Of a stretch of 64,000 nucleotides of DNA, positions 12,530-25,370 are shown piece after piece (within the stretch, counting starts at the first letter, position 1; every line of letters starts with the position of its first letter). The translations under genes and the position numbers were made by a program. The DNA lies in the NCBI RefSeq assembly GCF_006345805.1, contig NC_043001.1, forward strand, positions 18,724,001-18,788,000, written 5' to 3'. This DNA is from Octopus sinensis (taxonomy: Eukaryota). The notes under the pieces are model-generated. The model made no database searches and was not told the DNA's origin. It saw only the letters and a list, made by a program, of their open reading frames with translations.

Positions 12530-12813
12530 TTGCAGCGTGGAAGGTGTTTATAAGCCATTTAAGAAACACACAAAAACCGTTAGATTCACTTCAACATTTA
12601 AATTTAATTTATCAAAACATTTTCGTCGCTTTGAGACCGCGACCTGTTCACTGACAAAACTTCGAAGATGCAGCACGGAATTTTGTCAGTGAACAGGTCG
12701 CGGTCTCAAAGCGACGAAAATGTTTTGATAAATTAAATTTAAATGTTGAAGTGAATCTAACGGTTTTTGTGTGTTTCTTAAATGGCTTATTATAAACACC
12801 TTCCACGCTGCAA
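12530..12813. repeat. Fold-back inverted repeat, about 130-bp arms, 21-nt spacer
   Basis: 12530-12659 reverse-complements 12681-12813 with one 3-bp indel. Confidence 0.93.
12682..12732 (+). ncRNA. Variant hammerhead motif (G3-C8 core); identical copy on minus strand at about 12608-12658
   Basis: TTTGTCA-GTGAACA-G-GTCGC-ggtctcaaa-GCGAC-GAAA-ATGTTT-TGATAAA; stem I 7 bp with one G-U, stem II 5 bp. Confidence 0.6.
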
Positions 12814-13681
12814 TTGTTTAAAATTCCATTATTTTCTCAGATATGAAACTTCAATGAAGTTCAAACACCAGCTCTCTCGTCTTTTGTTACTTTCATTACA
12901 TCTTTTTGTATAAGTTTTCCCATTAGAGGTTCTTCATCATCGTGATTTTCATTTATTGTCTTCTTAATATCATTCCTTATTTCTGTCTCATGCTTTTTAG
13001 CAGCTTGTGTGCGCGCATGCATTTGTGCGCTTGTATGATTAGTGCAATTAGGAACGGGGTTTCTTAAGGAAGTGATTACGTTGTTTAATCGCTGCTGAAA
13101 TTATCTTCATTGTGAAAGCAACCCCTTTGTATTATACTCAACTATGGCGATCTCTGCTTTATTTGTTATATCTATTTAATTATCCTTTTTACATAGACCC
13201 AAGTTAATTCTGATTGAACGGGCCTATAATAAAAGACGTTACATCCCTAAACATGGCGGCTTTTCTTCATACGCAGTGCATCCAGTATTACGTTACCCAA
13301 TGTGTTCTTTCTTTTCCAAGACAATAGGGTATCGTTTAAAGATTTTACTGACATCTCTAGCAGGTCGACAGACCACGTTCAGGCTCATTTTTTGTTCTGA
13401 ATGATGATCTCAACCACACGGTTGTTACTGTTGTTCAACTCCTGATCATCTTCGATCCAGCTGCAAATATGTCGTCAATGTCGTTTCAGCGCTACCATTC
13501 TCTCCAGTTAACAGACAGTAATTTATGTAGGACTACATTACATAATCTATTCTTGATTTTTAACCACAAAGATAGGGTTAAGGTTAAGGAAATGTTGCTG
13601 CTATTTCTAACAGATGATACGGCCTCGAACAACCGAATGAAGGCTCGGTCATTGAACTGTGTAAATCTAGAATCAGTATGA

Positions 13682-14015
13682 TATCTCGTTTTTGGATTTG
13701 GTTTGCAAGATTCTTTATGTGAGTTCGTGTGTTGAAGCATATTCTGTTGTGTCTGTGGAGAGTCATTTTCTTTTAGTGCCTTATAATTTAACACACTCAC
13801 CAATAAAATTTCTACCACTTATTCCTTATTTTTATTTTCCTAAAATTTTCATTGCATCTTGCAACCTTTTCAATAGTCTTGACTCTTGAAAAGGTTGCAA
13901 GACGCAACGAAAATTTTAGGAAAATAAAAATAGGGAATAAGTGGTGGAAATTTTACCGGTGAGTGTGTTAAATTATAAGGCACTAAAAGAGAATGACTCT
14001 CCACAGACACAACAG
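13682..14015. mobile_element. Asymmetric fold-back element (long arm plus truncated inverted arm), copy 1
   Basis: Arms 13744-13873 and 13886-14015; homologous to 37939-38275. Confidence 0.85.
13881..13920 (+). ncRNA. Variant hammerhead motif (U3-A8 core)
   Basis: TTGAAAA-G-GTTGC-aagac-GCAAC-GAAA-ATTTTAGG; stem I weak in this arm. Confidence 0.5.
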
Positions 14016-14054
14016 TTGTGATATCTATATTGGTAGTAACCTATGACATATTCT

Positions 14055-14442
14055 TTTATTCTTTTACTTGTTTCAGTCATTTGACTGCGGCCATGTTGGA
14101 GCACCGCTTTTAGTCGAACGAAACGATCCAAGGACTTATTCTTTGTAAGCCTAGTACTTATTCTATCGGTGTCTTTTACCGAACCGCTAAGTTACGGGGA
14201 CGTAAACACACCAGCATCGGTTGTCAAGCGACACTGGGGGGACAAACACAGACACAAACATATACACACATACATATATATGACGGGCTTCTTTCAGTTT
14301 CCGTCTACCAAATCCACTCGCAAGGCTTTGGTCGGCCCGAGGGTATTGTAGAAGACACTTGCCCAAGGTGCCACGCAGTGGGACTAAACCCAGAACCATG
14401 CGGTTGGTAAGCAAGCTACTTACCACATAGTCACTCCTACAT
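14055..14442 (-). mobile_element. SINE family A
   Basis: Full-length match to family A. Confidence 0.85.
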
Positions 14443-15058
14443 ATGTTGGTTATTTTCACAAAGTGTATTACTACGTTAGACCTAATACTCTAGCGTGAAT
14501 GTTAATCAAAATTAACCGCTCAAACTTCAGGTTACTTCTATTTCTGTTCATACGACTTCAGCCTGGTTGAATTTTTGATTTTGTGTTTCTATTATTGGAT
14601 CTGACTACATCTTACGTCCAGATTTTATCATGATACAAAAACAACATTTTTAGAAAGCAAAAAATTACATTTGGTAGATGTGTAACGGGTACATTAACTG
14701 GCTGAATATATGTTCTGGTTGTAAACTCAATTTTAAAAGCATTAAAAATATCAAATGACAATTATTTTGTATATTAGTTACAGAATATTCGATAAAAAAA
14801 AAGTATCGATAAAATCAAGAAACAAAAGAAAAAAGAATAAAAAAAAACACTGTTTCCATGACAATCAGAGAGCAATATTTTGATAAAAGTGTCTGTTATT
14901 TATCTTTAAAAAAAACATGGTTAGAAAAAAAAAAAGAAGATAAAATGGAAGTAGAAAATGGGAGAAGAAAAAAGATGTTAATTGCTTCAAAAACATTTGA
15001 ATTACATTCGTGGCTTGAACGAAGCTGAGTGAGTCCTTTGAAAAACATTAAATATAAT

Positions 15059-15224
15059 AGGCGCAGGAGTGGCTGTGTGGTAAGTAGCTTGCTAACCAAC
15101 CACATGGTTCCGGGTTCAGTCCCACTGCATGGTACCGTGGGCAAGTGTCTTCTACTATAGCCCCGGGCCGACCAATGCCTTGTGAGTGGATTTGGTAGAC
15201 GGAAACTGAAAGAAGCCTGTCGTA

Positions 15225-15256
<32 letters not shown>

Positions 15257-15495
15257 AGTGTGTGTGTATATGTTTGTGTGTCTGTGTTTGTCCCCCTAGC
15301 ATTGCTTGACAACCGATGCTGGTGTGTTTACGTCCCCGTCTCTTAGTGGTTCGGCAAAAGAGACCGATAGAATAAGGTACTAGGCTTACAAAGAATAAGT
15401 TCCGGGGTCGATTTGCTCGACTAAAGGCGGTGCTCCAGCATGGCTACAGTCAAATGACTGAAACAAGTAAAAGAGTAAAAGAGTAAAAAAGAGTA
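15059..15495 (+). mobile_element. SINE family A
   Basis: Full length, tail (AAAAGAGT)n. Confidence 0.88.
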
Positions 15496-16019
15496 ATAAA
15501 TATAAAAAAAGAGTTACATTAGAATATTAGCACTGGAAGGGGTTATTGTCCATCTATTACATTATTATGTTCGTGGATAAACAGCTGAATACTTTCAATA
15601 CGGCTGCGACATAAGCTCGTTCGGATTATTCTTATCATCTTACAGATTATCGTGCAACAAATACAGAATTGAATGAAATATCGATCGTTGTTCCCCATCT
15701 CTATTCAAACGGCATCAAAAATAATCACTTTCCCGTGATAGAGCGGGCATACATCATAAATATCTATTAAAATAATTTTCTAACAGATACAGAATGCATG
15801 AATAATAATCGCCTCTACGAAATGCTGTCGTTCGGTGGGTTAGGACTGGGATGGAGCAGAGCAGAGTGGAGCGGTGTGGAGCGGAACACAATCATAAATC
15901 TGAAATCCTAAATTACATGTTGAAGAGAGCTCTCTCAAGACGCTCTCCGACTCCGACCCTGACTCCTCAAAAGCTCCATGCCATTAGGCTGCTAATGTCG
16001 TATCGCCGTAACTACCATT

Positions 16020-16230
16020 AACTTTCTACATTATTATTATTATTATTATCATTATGTCAACAACCAATGAATGCAACGATGATTACCATTTTACCGCCAT
16101 CACCACAACCACTTCCACCACCACTTCCACCTCCAAAATCAACACCACAGCCGCCATCATCATCATCATCATCATCCAAACGACGACGACGTCGACCACC
16201 ACCACCACCATCAACACCACCACCACCACC

Positions 16231-16262
<32 letters not shown>

Positions 16263-16285
16263 CAACAACAGCAGCAGCAACAACA
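16020..16285. repeat. Compound trinucleotide array (ATT/ACC/ATC/ACG/AAC/AGC)
   Basis: Simple repeats. Confidence 0.9.
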
Positions 16286-16660
16286 GTGGAAGCGCAATGG
16301 TCCAATGGTTAGGGCAGAGGACTCGCGGTCGTAGGATCGCGGTTTCGATTCCCAGACCGGGCGTTGTGTGTGTTTATTGAGCGAAAACACCTAAAGCTCC
16401 ACGAAGCTCCGTCAGGGGGTGGTGGCGACCCCTGTTGTACTCTTTCGCCCCAACTTTCTCTCACTCTTTCTTCCTGTTTCTTGTCCCCAACTTCCTACGC
16501 AACCGCTGAGCCTGGATGCGTATTCATCAATCCGTCGATGCTCTCGGTGTCGGGGGTTGACCTGCTTTCTCTTCTGCGGGTCTTACGAATAGCAAAGGAC
16601 CACGTTTCGGACTTCTCCCATCTTGCGAGCTCTGGGACGAAGACCGTTCGCTCAACAGCA
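16286..16660 (+). mobile_element. SINE family B, tail type T2
   Basis: Same head, body and tail as 10795-11148. Confidence 0.85.
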
Positions 16661-16796
16661 ACAGCAACAACAACATTAGCAACAACAAAGCAGACGATGG
16701 AGACTGTACACAGTAGCAAGTGATTGGTAAGCCAGATACTTACCACACAGCCACTCCTGTGCCTATAATATATTCAATAACGTATTCCCAGTTACA

Positions 16797-16828
<32 letters not shown>

Positions 16829-17169
16829 GACTGGATTGTCACAGATTAGTGGAAAGGATTTGTTTATTCGTTCAGACAACAACAACACGAATCCTGGATC
16901 CAACGACTAAGTTAATGAAAGAGCCTCTACGTAGTTAGGTGGTCGTTTGACCGGCAAGAAGTAAGAGCCAAATCTCATTCAAATAAGGCCTCAGGTGAGG
17001 GATCAGATGCTTTCGAACAGACGACCCTTCTTCGTCTGGCGGCGAAAAATCTTTTAACTGCATTCTTAATGGAATCCTAAATATGAAGCGTCTGGGGAAA
17101 AGATAAACGATTTGATCGTAACTAAAACACGTTTGTTCGAATTTTTTTTATCAAGGTTGATCTAAAGGC

Positions 17170-17242
17170 AAAACAACAACAACAACAACAACTACTACTA
17201 CTACTACTACTAATGCTGCTACTACTAATGCTGCTGCTGCTG

Positions 17243-17277
<35 letters not shown>

Positions 17278-17281
17278 GCCG

Positions 17282-17331
<50 letters not shown>

Positions 17332-17341
17332 TCTGCTGCTG

Positions 17342-17374
<33 letters not shown>

Positions 17375-17485
17375 TTACTACTGTTGCTGCTGCTGCTGTT
17401 GCTACTTCGACTACTATTACTGCTGCGGCTGCAACTACTACTACAACTACTAATACTGCTACTACTACTACTACTACTACTACCA
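17170..17485. repeat. (ACT)n/(GCT)n trinucleotide array
   Basis: Simple repeats. Confidence 0.95.
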
Positions 17486-17864
17486 AAATACTGCCATCCA
17501 TTCTTAAACGCTGATGTTTACGATATCGGAGTGCCTATTGATAACCAAGTATCGATCGAAAGCGAAATGCCTTGGAAATGGTCAATGTATAATGTCCTTG
17601 TCTAAATTCGAATCACGCCGAATAATAATGGGTTCCTTTTATTACCTTGTTACAAAGGTATATATTTCATGGAGGAGATATTTAATTTGATTTACATCAG
17701 AACATGACGAGTACTTATTCTATAAAGCCCCCTAGAAGCAAACGCAACCCACAAAGGTACCTGAATTCAGAACAAGAAGGCTTCCAAAAATGCATTACAA
17801 TATTTCACCCGGTTCTTCATGACGTAAATGCACTGAATTATAATGTTTACTCATGTTCTTTTCG

Positions 17865-18470
17865 ACTCTAGGCACAAAGACCGAAATTTATGGGGGGGGG
17901 GCCAGTCGATTAGATCGACCCCAGTACGCAACTGGTACTTGATTTATCAACCCTGAAAGGATGCAAAGTAAAGTCGACTTCGGCAGAATTTGAACTCAGA
18001 ACGTAAAGACAGACGAAATACCGCTAATCATTTCGCCCGGCGTGTTAACATTTCTGCCAGCTCACCGCCTTAAAATCTTTTTTTCTACTCTAGGCACAAA
18101 GCCCGAAATTTTTAGGATGGGCGTCAGTCGATTACATCGACCACAGTACGCAACTGGTACTTAATTTATCAACCCCGAAAGGATGAAAAGTAATGTCGAC
18201 CTCGGCGGAATTTGAACTCAGAACGTAACGGCAGAAGAAATACCTATTTCTTTACTACCCACAAGAGGTTAAACACAGAGGGGACAAAGAAGGACAGACA
18301 AACGGATTAAGTCGATTATATCGACCCAGTGCGTAACTGGTACTTAATTTATCGACCCCAAAAGGATGAAAGGCAAAGTCGACCTCGGCGGAATTTGAAC
18401 TCAGAACGTAACGGCAGAAGAAGTAATACGGCTACGCATTTCGTGCGACGTGCTAACGTTTTTGCCTTAT
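17865..18470 (-). mobile_element. SINE family C tandem cluster (three core units)
   Basis: Repeated ...GGATGAAA(A/G)GYAAAGTCGAC...GGAATTTGAACTCAGAACGTAA units. Confidence 0.85.
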
Positions 18471-18930
18471 GTTTACTCATATTGATACAAAGACAGAACA
18501 GATGGTGATATCTGCTACAGTGTTTTGATGATACTTAATTTATTCACCCCCTCCCCCAAAATAAAATAAAAAAATAAAAGGTGAAGTCAACTTCGGCAGG
18601 ATTTGAACTCAGAGCTTGTAGGTTGAAGGGTGGTACTAAATATCTAATGCCATCCATCTACTTCAGTGAAAAATAATGAACTTTACGCTCGCACACACAC
18701 GCACGCACACACATTTTATACTTAATCTTTAATTTGTTTCATCCATTAGACTGCGGCCATGTTGGGGCACCACCTTGAAGAACTTAATCAAACATATTCG
18801 ACACTGGGTTTTTTCTGAAGTCTGTTACTTATCAGTCGATCTCTTTCATCGAACCACTAAATTACGAGGACGTAAACAAACTAAAACTGGCTAGGGAGCA
18901 GTTTTGGGAGACAAACTCTAGGCTAAGAAG

Positions 18931-18963
<33 letters not shown>

Positions 18964-19034
18964 CACATACGACGTGCTTCCTTACAGTTTTCATCTACCA
19001 AATTCACTTACGTTGCATCAGTCGGTATGGGGCT

Positions 19035-19245
19035 ATAGTCGCCATGATAGATCGTTAGCCACTACACACATTTTCTCTCTCTCCTTGTTTCTCTCCTTGT
19101 TTTTTCTGTGTCTCTTTCTGTGGAAGAGCGTAGGCTCGAAACGTAAAAGACTTTTATCTATTCCTGAGCGTTATACTAATACATCTGTTTGTTTTGTACA
19201 CCACCTGTCTTCGTCTTTTGTTTTTTTTCGTAAACTCTCCCTATA
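19035..19245 (+). mobile_element. Family E2 repeat with hammerhead-like motif at 19113-19150
   Basis: TCTTT-CTGTGGA-A-GAGC-GTAG-GCTC-GAAA-CG-TA|AAAGA; inserted into a degenerate SINE A (18722-19030). Confidence 0.72.
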
Positions 19246-19775
19246 GAAAAAGATACTCGCCTAAGGTGCCGGGCAGTGATACTGAACCCAGTACTACATG
19301 GTTGTAAAGCGAACTTCTTGGTCACACAGCTATGCCTGTGTTTATAGTTGTATTGATTCATACTGCTTACGATCAGCGCTTAGCATGCCATCTTCTTTAT
19401 TTCTGTGATATTAAACTATAATTAGAAACAATTGAAACAAACTCATAACAAATTAGCACAATTTGTTCATTTCTCCCTTTACAATGTTTTGTAAAGTGTT
19501 ACACGTTGAATTTGGCAGCTCTTAACGAAAGCTTCAATTTTGAAGGATGCCAAGATATAATTAAACTGTTTTATTTTATAGAAAATAGAACTAAAATAGA
19601 CCGAATGAATGGAGCAAAGATAACGGTACTAAAATTAATATAAAAATTACAGATTTAAGAGCGCTGAAGACCACGTTTAAAGGACACTTCAAGTTATATT
19701 AAATGTGACAGTGTAAAGAAACATCAATTCAATGTTAAAGATTTTAAAAGAATATAAAAGAACGTAAACGTCAGA

Positions 19776-20080
19776 GGTTAGGGCAGCGGACTCGCGGTCG
19801 GAGGACCGCGGTTTCGATTCCCAGACCGGGCATTGTGTGAGTTTATTGAGCGAAAACACCTAAAAGCTCCACGACTTTCCGGTAGGGGCTTGGGGTTGGG
19901 GTGGGGTGGTGACCTCTGTTGTACTCGTTCGCCCCAACTTCCTCTCACTCGCTCTTCTTGTTTATTGAGTAACGCTGCGATGGACTGGCGTCCCGTCCAG
20001 CTGGGGGGAACACATACGCCACAGAAACCGAGAAACCGGGCCCACGAGCCTGGCTAGGCTTGAAAAGGGCGCATAAATAA
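19776..20080 (+). mobile_element. SINE family B, tail type T3
   Basis: 5'-truncated head; tail CTGCGATGGACTGGCGTCCCGTCCAG...AGAAACCGAGAAACCGGGCCC. Confidence 0.8.
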
Positions 20081-20486
20081 ATAAAAGAACATCATTTCAA
20101 GGAACATTACAAATATACAGATTGAAATATTGGTTTCGAATTTTGGAATAAGGCTAGCAATTTCTGAGGTAAAGGGTTAGTTGATTAGACCGACCCCAGT
20201 GTTCAGCTGATACATATTGTGCCTACCTTGTATAGGATGAATGGCAATGTTGATCGTGGCGGAATTTGAACTCAGAACGTATTGTGCTGGAGAAAATATC
20301 GCTAAGCATTTTGTCCAGCGTTCTAAATATTCTGCAAGATCGCTACATTAAAGCTGAACGAAAGATTAAATTTTACACCAGTTAATGTAATGAAGTAATA
20401 TTAAGTTTTATAATTCAAAGAATACTTAGTATAAAGAAGGAACGATATATTAGAGATAGGATTAGCAACAGTTAAATTTAGGGGTT

Positions 20487-20733
20487 GTGGAGGCACATGG
20501 CCTAGTGGTTAGAGCAGCAGACTCGCGGTCGAGGGATCGCGTGTTCGAGTCTCAGACCGGGCGATGCGTGTGTTTATGAGCGAAACACTCAAGCTCCACG
20601 CGGCTCCGGCAGCTTACCTGCGACAGACCGGCGTCCCGTCCAGGTGGGGAACCTATACCCCAAAGAAACCGGGAAACCGGCCCTTATGAGCCAGGCGTGG
20701 CTCGAGAAAGAACAAACAAGCAACAAACAACAA
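20487..20733 (+). mobile_element. SINE family B (short body), tail type T3, with 14-bp TSD
   Basis: TAAATTTAGGGGTT at 20473-20486 and 20734-20747. Confidence 0.88.
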
Positions 20734-20899
20734 TAAATTTAGGGGTTAGCAACAGTTGCATCAAAGAGTAAAATTAGAAAAATCAGCATCAACTAATCCG
20801 ATAAATGGGAACTGCTGATCTTCAAAAGGGAACTAAATATATATAATCGATAGAAGAATAACGAACTGCTTTCTGATTATTTCCATTTTTGTTCTTCAG

Positions 20900-20966
20900 A
20901 AGAGAAACCATGGAAACAGCTTGAACGTAAATATTCAATAGCAAAGAATTGTGTAGATCATGCCGA
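20900..20966 (+). other. Candidate isolated 67-bp exon
   Basis: TTTTTGTTCTTCAG acceptor, GA|GTAAGA donor, one open frame EKPWKQLERKYSIAKNCVDHA; no partner exon or homology recognised. Confidence 0.25.
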
Positions 20967-21776
20967 GTAAGATAATTGCTGGGGTTTCTGGAGACTATTG
21001 ATCGTAGAGTTTACCAATAAATACCATTCTCTATCGAATACTTTAAAACTACTATTAATCTATTTTGAAAAAAAAAAATGTTCGTCATTTTAACGGAAAT
21101 TCATTCGGAAAAGATGACAGAGACAAAAGCGACGAATGATGTCTTGGGAGAAAGATTACTAAATTTGTATTGATTTTTTAGAAAGGTATTAGGTTCAAAA
21201 TTTCTAGGGAAATGGAAAATGAAATTAGGTGACGCTTTTTGCTATTCCCAAAATTCTTATTTGCATAACTGAAGGGAAAATATAAAGGCCGGAAATGCAA
21301 TCTGGCTGTAGAAATGGTTCTCCAGAGGATTTTGCCATTATGTTACGTTATTGCTCAGAGCATGCATTTCACAAAAGAAATAAACGTTAAATTCGATGTG
21401 AGCTCGATGCTTCCCCACGAGTCAAATTCAACATAAATTTAAGGTTACTGTTCCTATGTTAAAAGAAATCACTAACAGATATCAATTCCAAACTAATCTA
21501 AATTTATATTAAAAGTTCACGTACAGCCATTAATAAATGTTTTGCTTTGTCGGACAACAATTCAACAAAAAAACGTGATTGTCATTTAGTGATCAAACCT
21601 ATCTGTGAGAATAAGTATGGTGAGATGTGATTAAGTGATTAAGAAACGCATAGTAATTCAAGGTTTTAAATATTGGAATTTTCCTCATTCCTAAATAAAA
21701 GGGAACTTAACCGGCTTTGTTTTCTCAACCGCTAATCCTCAACGTTCACTGAAAATAAGAAATGTATTATGAATAA

Positions 21777-22153
21777 CTAGCAGTATTGCCCGGCGTTGCT
21801 CGGGTTTGTAAGGGAAATAACTATATAAGCATTTTTAGAGAGTTATAGCAAAAAAATGCATTAAAAATGGAAAAAATGATAGTAAATTTTTTTAAAAATC
21901 GTTTACTCATCGTAGACATTTTTAGAGAGTTACTTCCCTTATATAATAGCGAAAAAATGCATCAAAATGGAAAAAAAAATGATGGTAATTTTTTTTAAAA
22001 ATCGTAGACTCATCGTAGATGCGCGCTAATACCCAGAAGGGTTCGATATGAATCACGACTATAAGATACCCAGTTTTGGTTAAACTGCACCGCAAAATGT
22101 GGGAGTAGTTAGGAATCTAAATCGTAGGAGACAGACACACAACTTCTCTTTTA
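21777..22153 (+). mobile_element. Helitron/Helentron-like non-autonomous element
   Basis: Starts (A)CTAGCAGTATTGCCCGGCGTTGCTCGGG (5' hairpin); internal duplication of about 90-100 bp; ends ACAGACACACAACTTCTCTTTTA; class assigned by resemblance only. Confidence 0.55.
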
Positions 22154-22387
22154 TATTATGAATAATCTCAGAACTATTTAGATGGTTATCGATGGAAATA
22201 ATTCATATCGTATTTAGTAAGGAATAGGTATTTGTCCGTAAGTAGAGGTTCATCGTCACTTACAATAGTTGTCTTTTCATAGTGAACACATGTGCCAATT
22301 ATTTAACATTCAATGTAAAACGTGTCAGAACTGAATCCGGTAATGGTAAATATAAGATTCTGCAAAATGTGTGCATTTTTATGTGCG

Positions 22388-22427
<40 letters not shown>

Positions 22428-23097
22428 AGTAAGAGAGAGTTAGTGTGTGAGAGGGTGAGAGAGAGTATATAGCATATACCTGCGGTTGTGAATGTCTTGT
22501 ATGTATGTATGTATGTATGTATGTATGTATGCATGTATGTATGAATGTATGTATGTATGTATGTATGTATGTATGTCATTATTCAGTTTATTTAAAGATT
22601 TCCTGCCCATAGAGAAACAACCGGTTTCTAAGCTAGATCCAAAGCTCCTTCATTGGAATTTCAACATCAACAACAGGGTATTTTTGTTTGTTTGTACGTA
22701 TGTATGTATATATGTATGTATATTTGTATGTATGTGCAGATTTGTATGTTTTATGTATGTATTCTCATACATATCGTTGTATATCTAGACATGCTTTCAT
22801 ATATTTAAATGATAAACTTCTGGAAAGTTTTACAGATTTTTACAGTACCAGTGTCGGATTGGATCTGTAGTTTTCGAACTAGTTTTCTCGTTTCTGGTTT
22901 TGAAAAGCCTAATTTATCAAGACTGCTATTTGGGCTGTGTGTTACATATATCGGGGCCCCAATAATTACAGGTATAAACCTGAGCTTGGAATCTGGATAG
23001 AGTAACTACATATGTATGTATTATGTAAGTATGTATGTCTCTCTGTCTCTGACTGTCTGTCTGTCTTTCTCTCTCTCTCTATCTATCTATACATACA

Positions 23098-23133
<36 letters not shown>

Positions 23134-23168
23134 CACATAAATATATATATGTGTATATAATGTCATAT

Positions 23169-23474
23169 CACGTGATCACGTGACCGACCAGACCATCAGA
23201 TGTTGTTACACATCGCTGGTCACAATGCGTTCGCATTGTTTTTTTAGACTTCGAATGAAGCCACCCCGCTGGCTAAGCGAGCAGGCCAACAGAAGAAAGA
23301 GTGGGAGAAAGAGTGGTGAAAGAGTTCAGCAGGGATCACCACCTCCTGCCGGAGCCTCGTGGAGCTTTTAGGTGTTTTCGCTCAATAAACACACACAACG
23401 CCCGGTCTGGGAATCGAAACCGCGATCCTGCGACCGCGAGTCCGCTGCCCTAACCACTAGGCCATTGCGCCTCC
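23169..23474 (-). mobile_element. SINE family B, tail type T4, with 14-bp TSD
   Basis: ATATAATGTCATAT at 23155-23168 and 23475-23488; tail ends GGTCACGTGATCACGTG. Confidence 0.88.
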
Positions 23475-24383
23475 ATATAATGTCATATATAAAATCAAAA
23501 AGTAAAATCCATTAAATATTATGTTTTTAAGTTGCAGTTTGAGATTGAAACAAGCGAAAGTAATAAATGCATCTATTGTTGCTAATGAATTTGCCATTCG
23601 CAATACTAATATGAATTTATAAAGATATAAATAGTAATATTCCCAAACTCAAATGTATTCAGAAAACTTTTCATTCAAATCCCATTGTCCCAATTCTAGT
23701 TTGCTGCCACAATCCAACATATGTGTATCTGTAACAGAGAACGAAATATAAACTTCGCTCGTTGCATTTCTCGAGAAATCTCTCGGGAAATCGCGTTTAC
23801 GAGAGAATACGAGATGACCACCGCCATGTTTCATTAAACCTAGTATTAATGGTGGTCAACAATGACCAGGAAACTTTCTTCCTACAAGCTTCATACGTAT
23901 ATTTTACTGCTGGAAAGAAAATCTATTCCATGTTTAGTTGCATAATTATAATAGTGATTTAGAATAAAGTCTCTTTTCTCTTTTTTCATTGGTAATAAAA
24001 ACCAAAAAAATCCACTCACATATATGTATTTTGGACTGAACTGTTCCTCTTGTGTGTGACGTTGAAATGAAATTTATGAGAATCAGGACAAATTCAGTCT
24101 TCAGATTGTGAATTTGGAAAGAAACCTACACCTAAGCCCATGGGAAGGCCAACAAACCAAACCATTTTCTCTCTCTCTCTATCTCACTTCCTATTCTCCC
24201 CTCTCATTCTCTCTGTCTCTTTTCTCTTTCTACATATCGTCTAAATTGATTTTCTTTCAAAGAGTAAGTACATTTATAAATTTCCTGATCTGAAAGCTAT
24301 ATACATACATGCATGCATGCATACATACTTACAAACATACATGTATATGTTTGTGTATATAAGTGTACATATTCATACATACA

Positions 24384-24418
<35 letters not shown>

Positions 24419-25248
24419 GCATAAACATATATACATACATATACATATATCAATATATATATTTATATATATTGGCACTCCGTCAATTACGACGACGAGG
24501 GTTCCAGTTGATCCGATCAAATGCCGTAAGACAGATTCTTTAAGCCAAGGCAACCGGCAGGAAACCTAGGGTTAGATGAAGAACGCGAGGGTTGGATAAT
24601 ACTCATAGCCTCAATGGGTCAGATTTGGAAACTCAATCGGAAAGTGTAATGTTGGGTGTTTCTGATAGGGCCCAATGAAGGAAGTGCCTGAGGATTTTCT
24701 ACTCCCATGACCTGCGCAGGAATAATGGGCAGAGAAGGATAGCTGGCTGATTGGCTGACTGGATAGATGGATAGATAGCGTAACTTTCAATTGCCTGCTT
24801 TGATATACTTTAAACCATGATAATGATGTCGTTATCAACAACTGACTTTAGAAATATTATCGTTATTTTTTGTTGCTTACTTTTATCTTTTTTCTCTAAT
24901 TACTTCTTTTGGTTCAACTTATACTCTTGTATAAATCGTAAAGTTCATATTGACTCGGATTTACAATAGATTTGATTCTACTCTTAGTACTGAGTGAACT
25001 CCTAAAACTAATGTTAGGTACTCTTAAACTAGTTTTACAAGAAAATATAACATTTATGTGTGTGTGTGTGTGTGTGTGTCAGTATGCGTGTGGTGTGCAT
25101 GTGCAAGTACGTATATATGTATGTGTGTACATGAACAGAGTGGTAGAGATAGAGATAGATAGATCGATATATATATACTGAGAGAGAGAAAGAGAGAATA
25201 TAAATTACTTATTGTTACCAGTATAATTACTGAAGCTACTTTCGCTTT

Positions 25249-25335
<87 letters not shown>

Positions 25336-25370
25336 ATATCACGTAGTCACGTGACCGGCCAGGCTATATA

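Noticed and set aside
15790-16010. CpG- and GA-rich stretch as promoter or exon
   Set aside because: No supported ORF or diagnostic motif; composition alone is insufficient
16995-17045. CAGACGA-A-GAA...TTC-GAAA-GCATC on minus strand
   Set aside because: Stems I and III do not pair; at best a remnant
17865-18470. CRISPR-like repeat-spacer array
   Set aside because: Eukaryotic SINE multimers; no unique spacers and no cas genes
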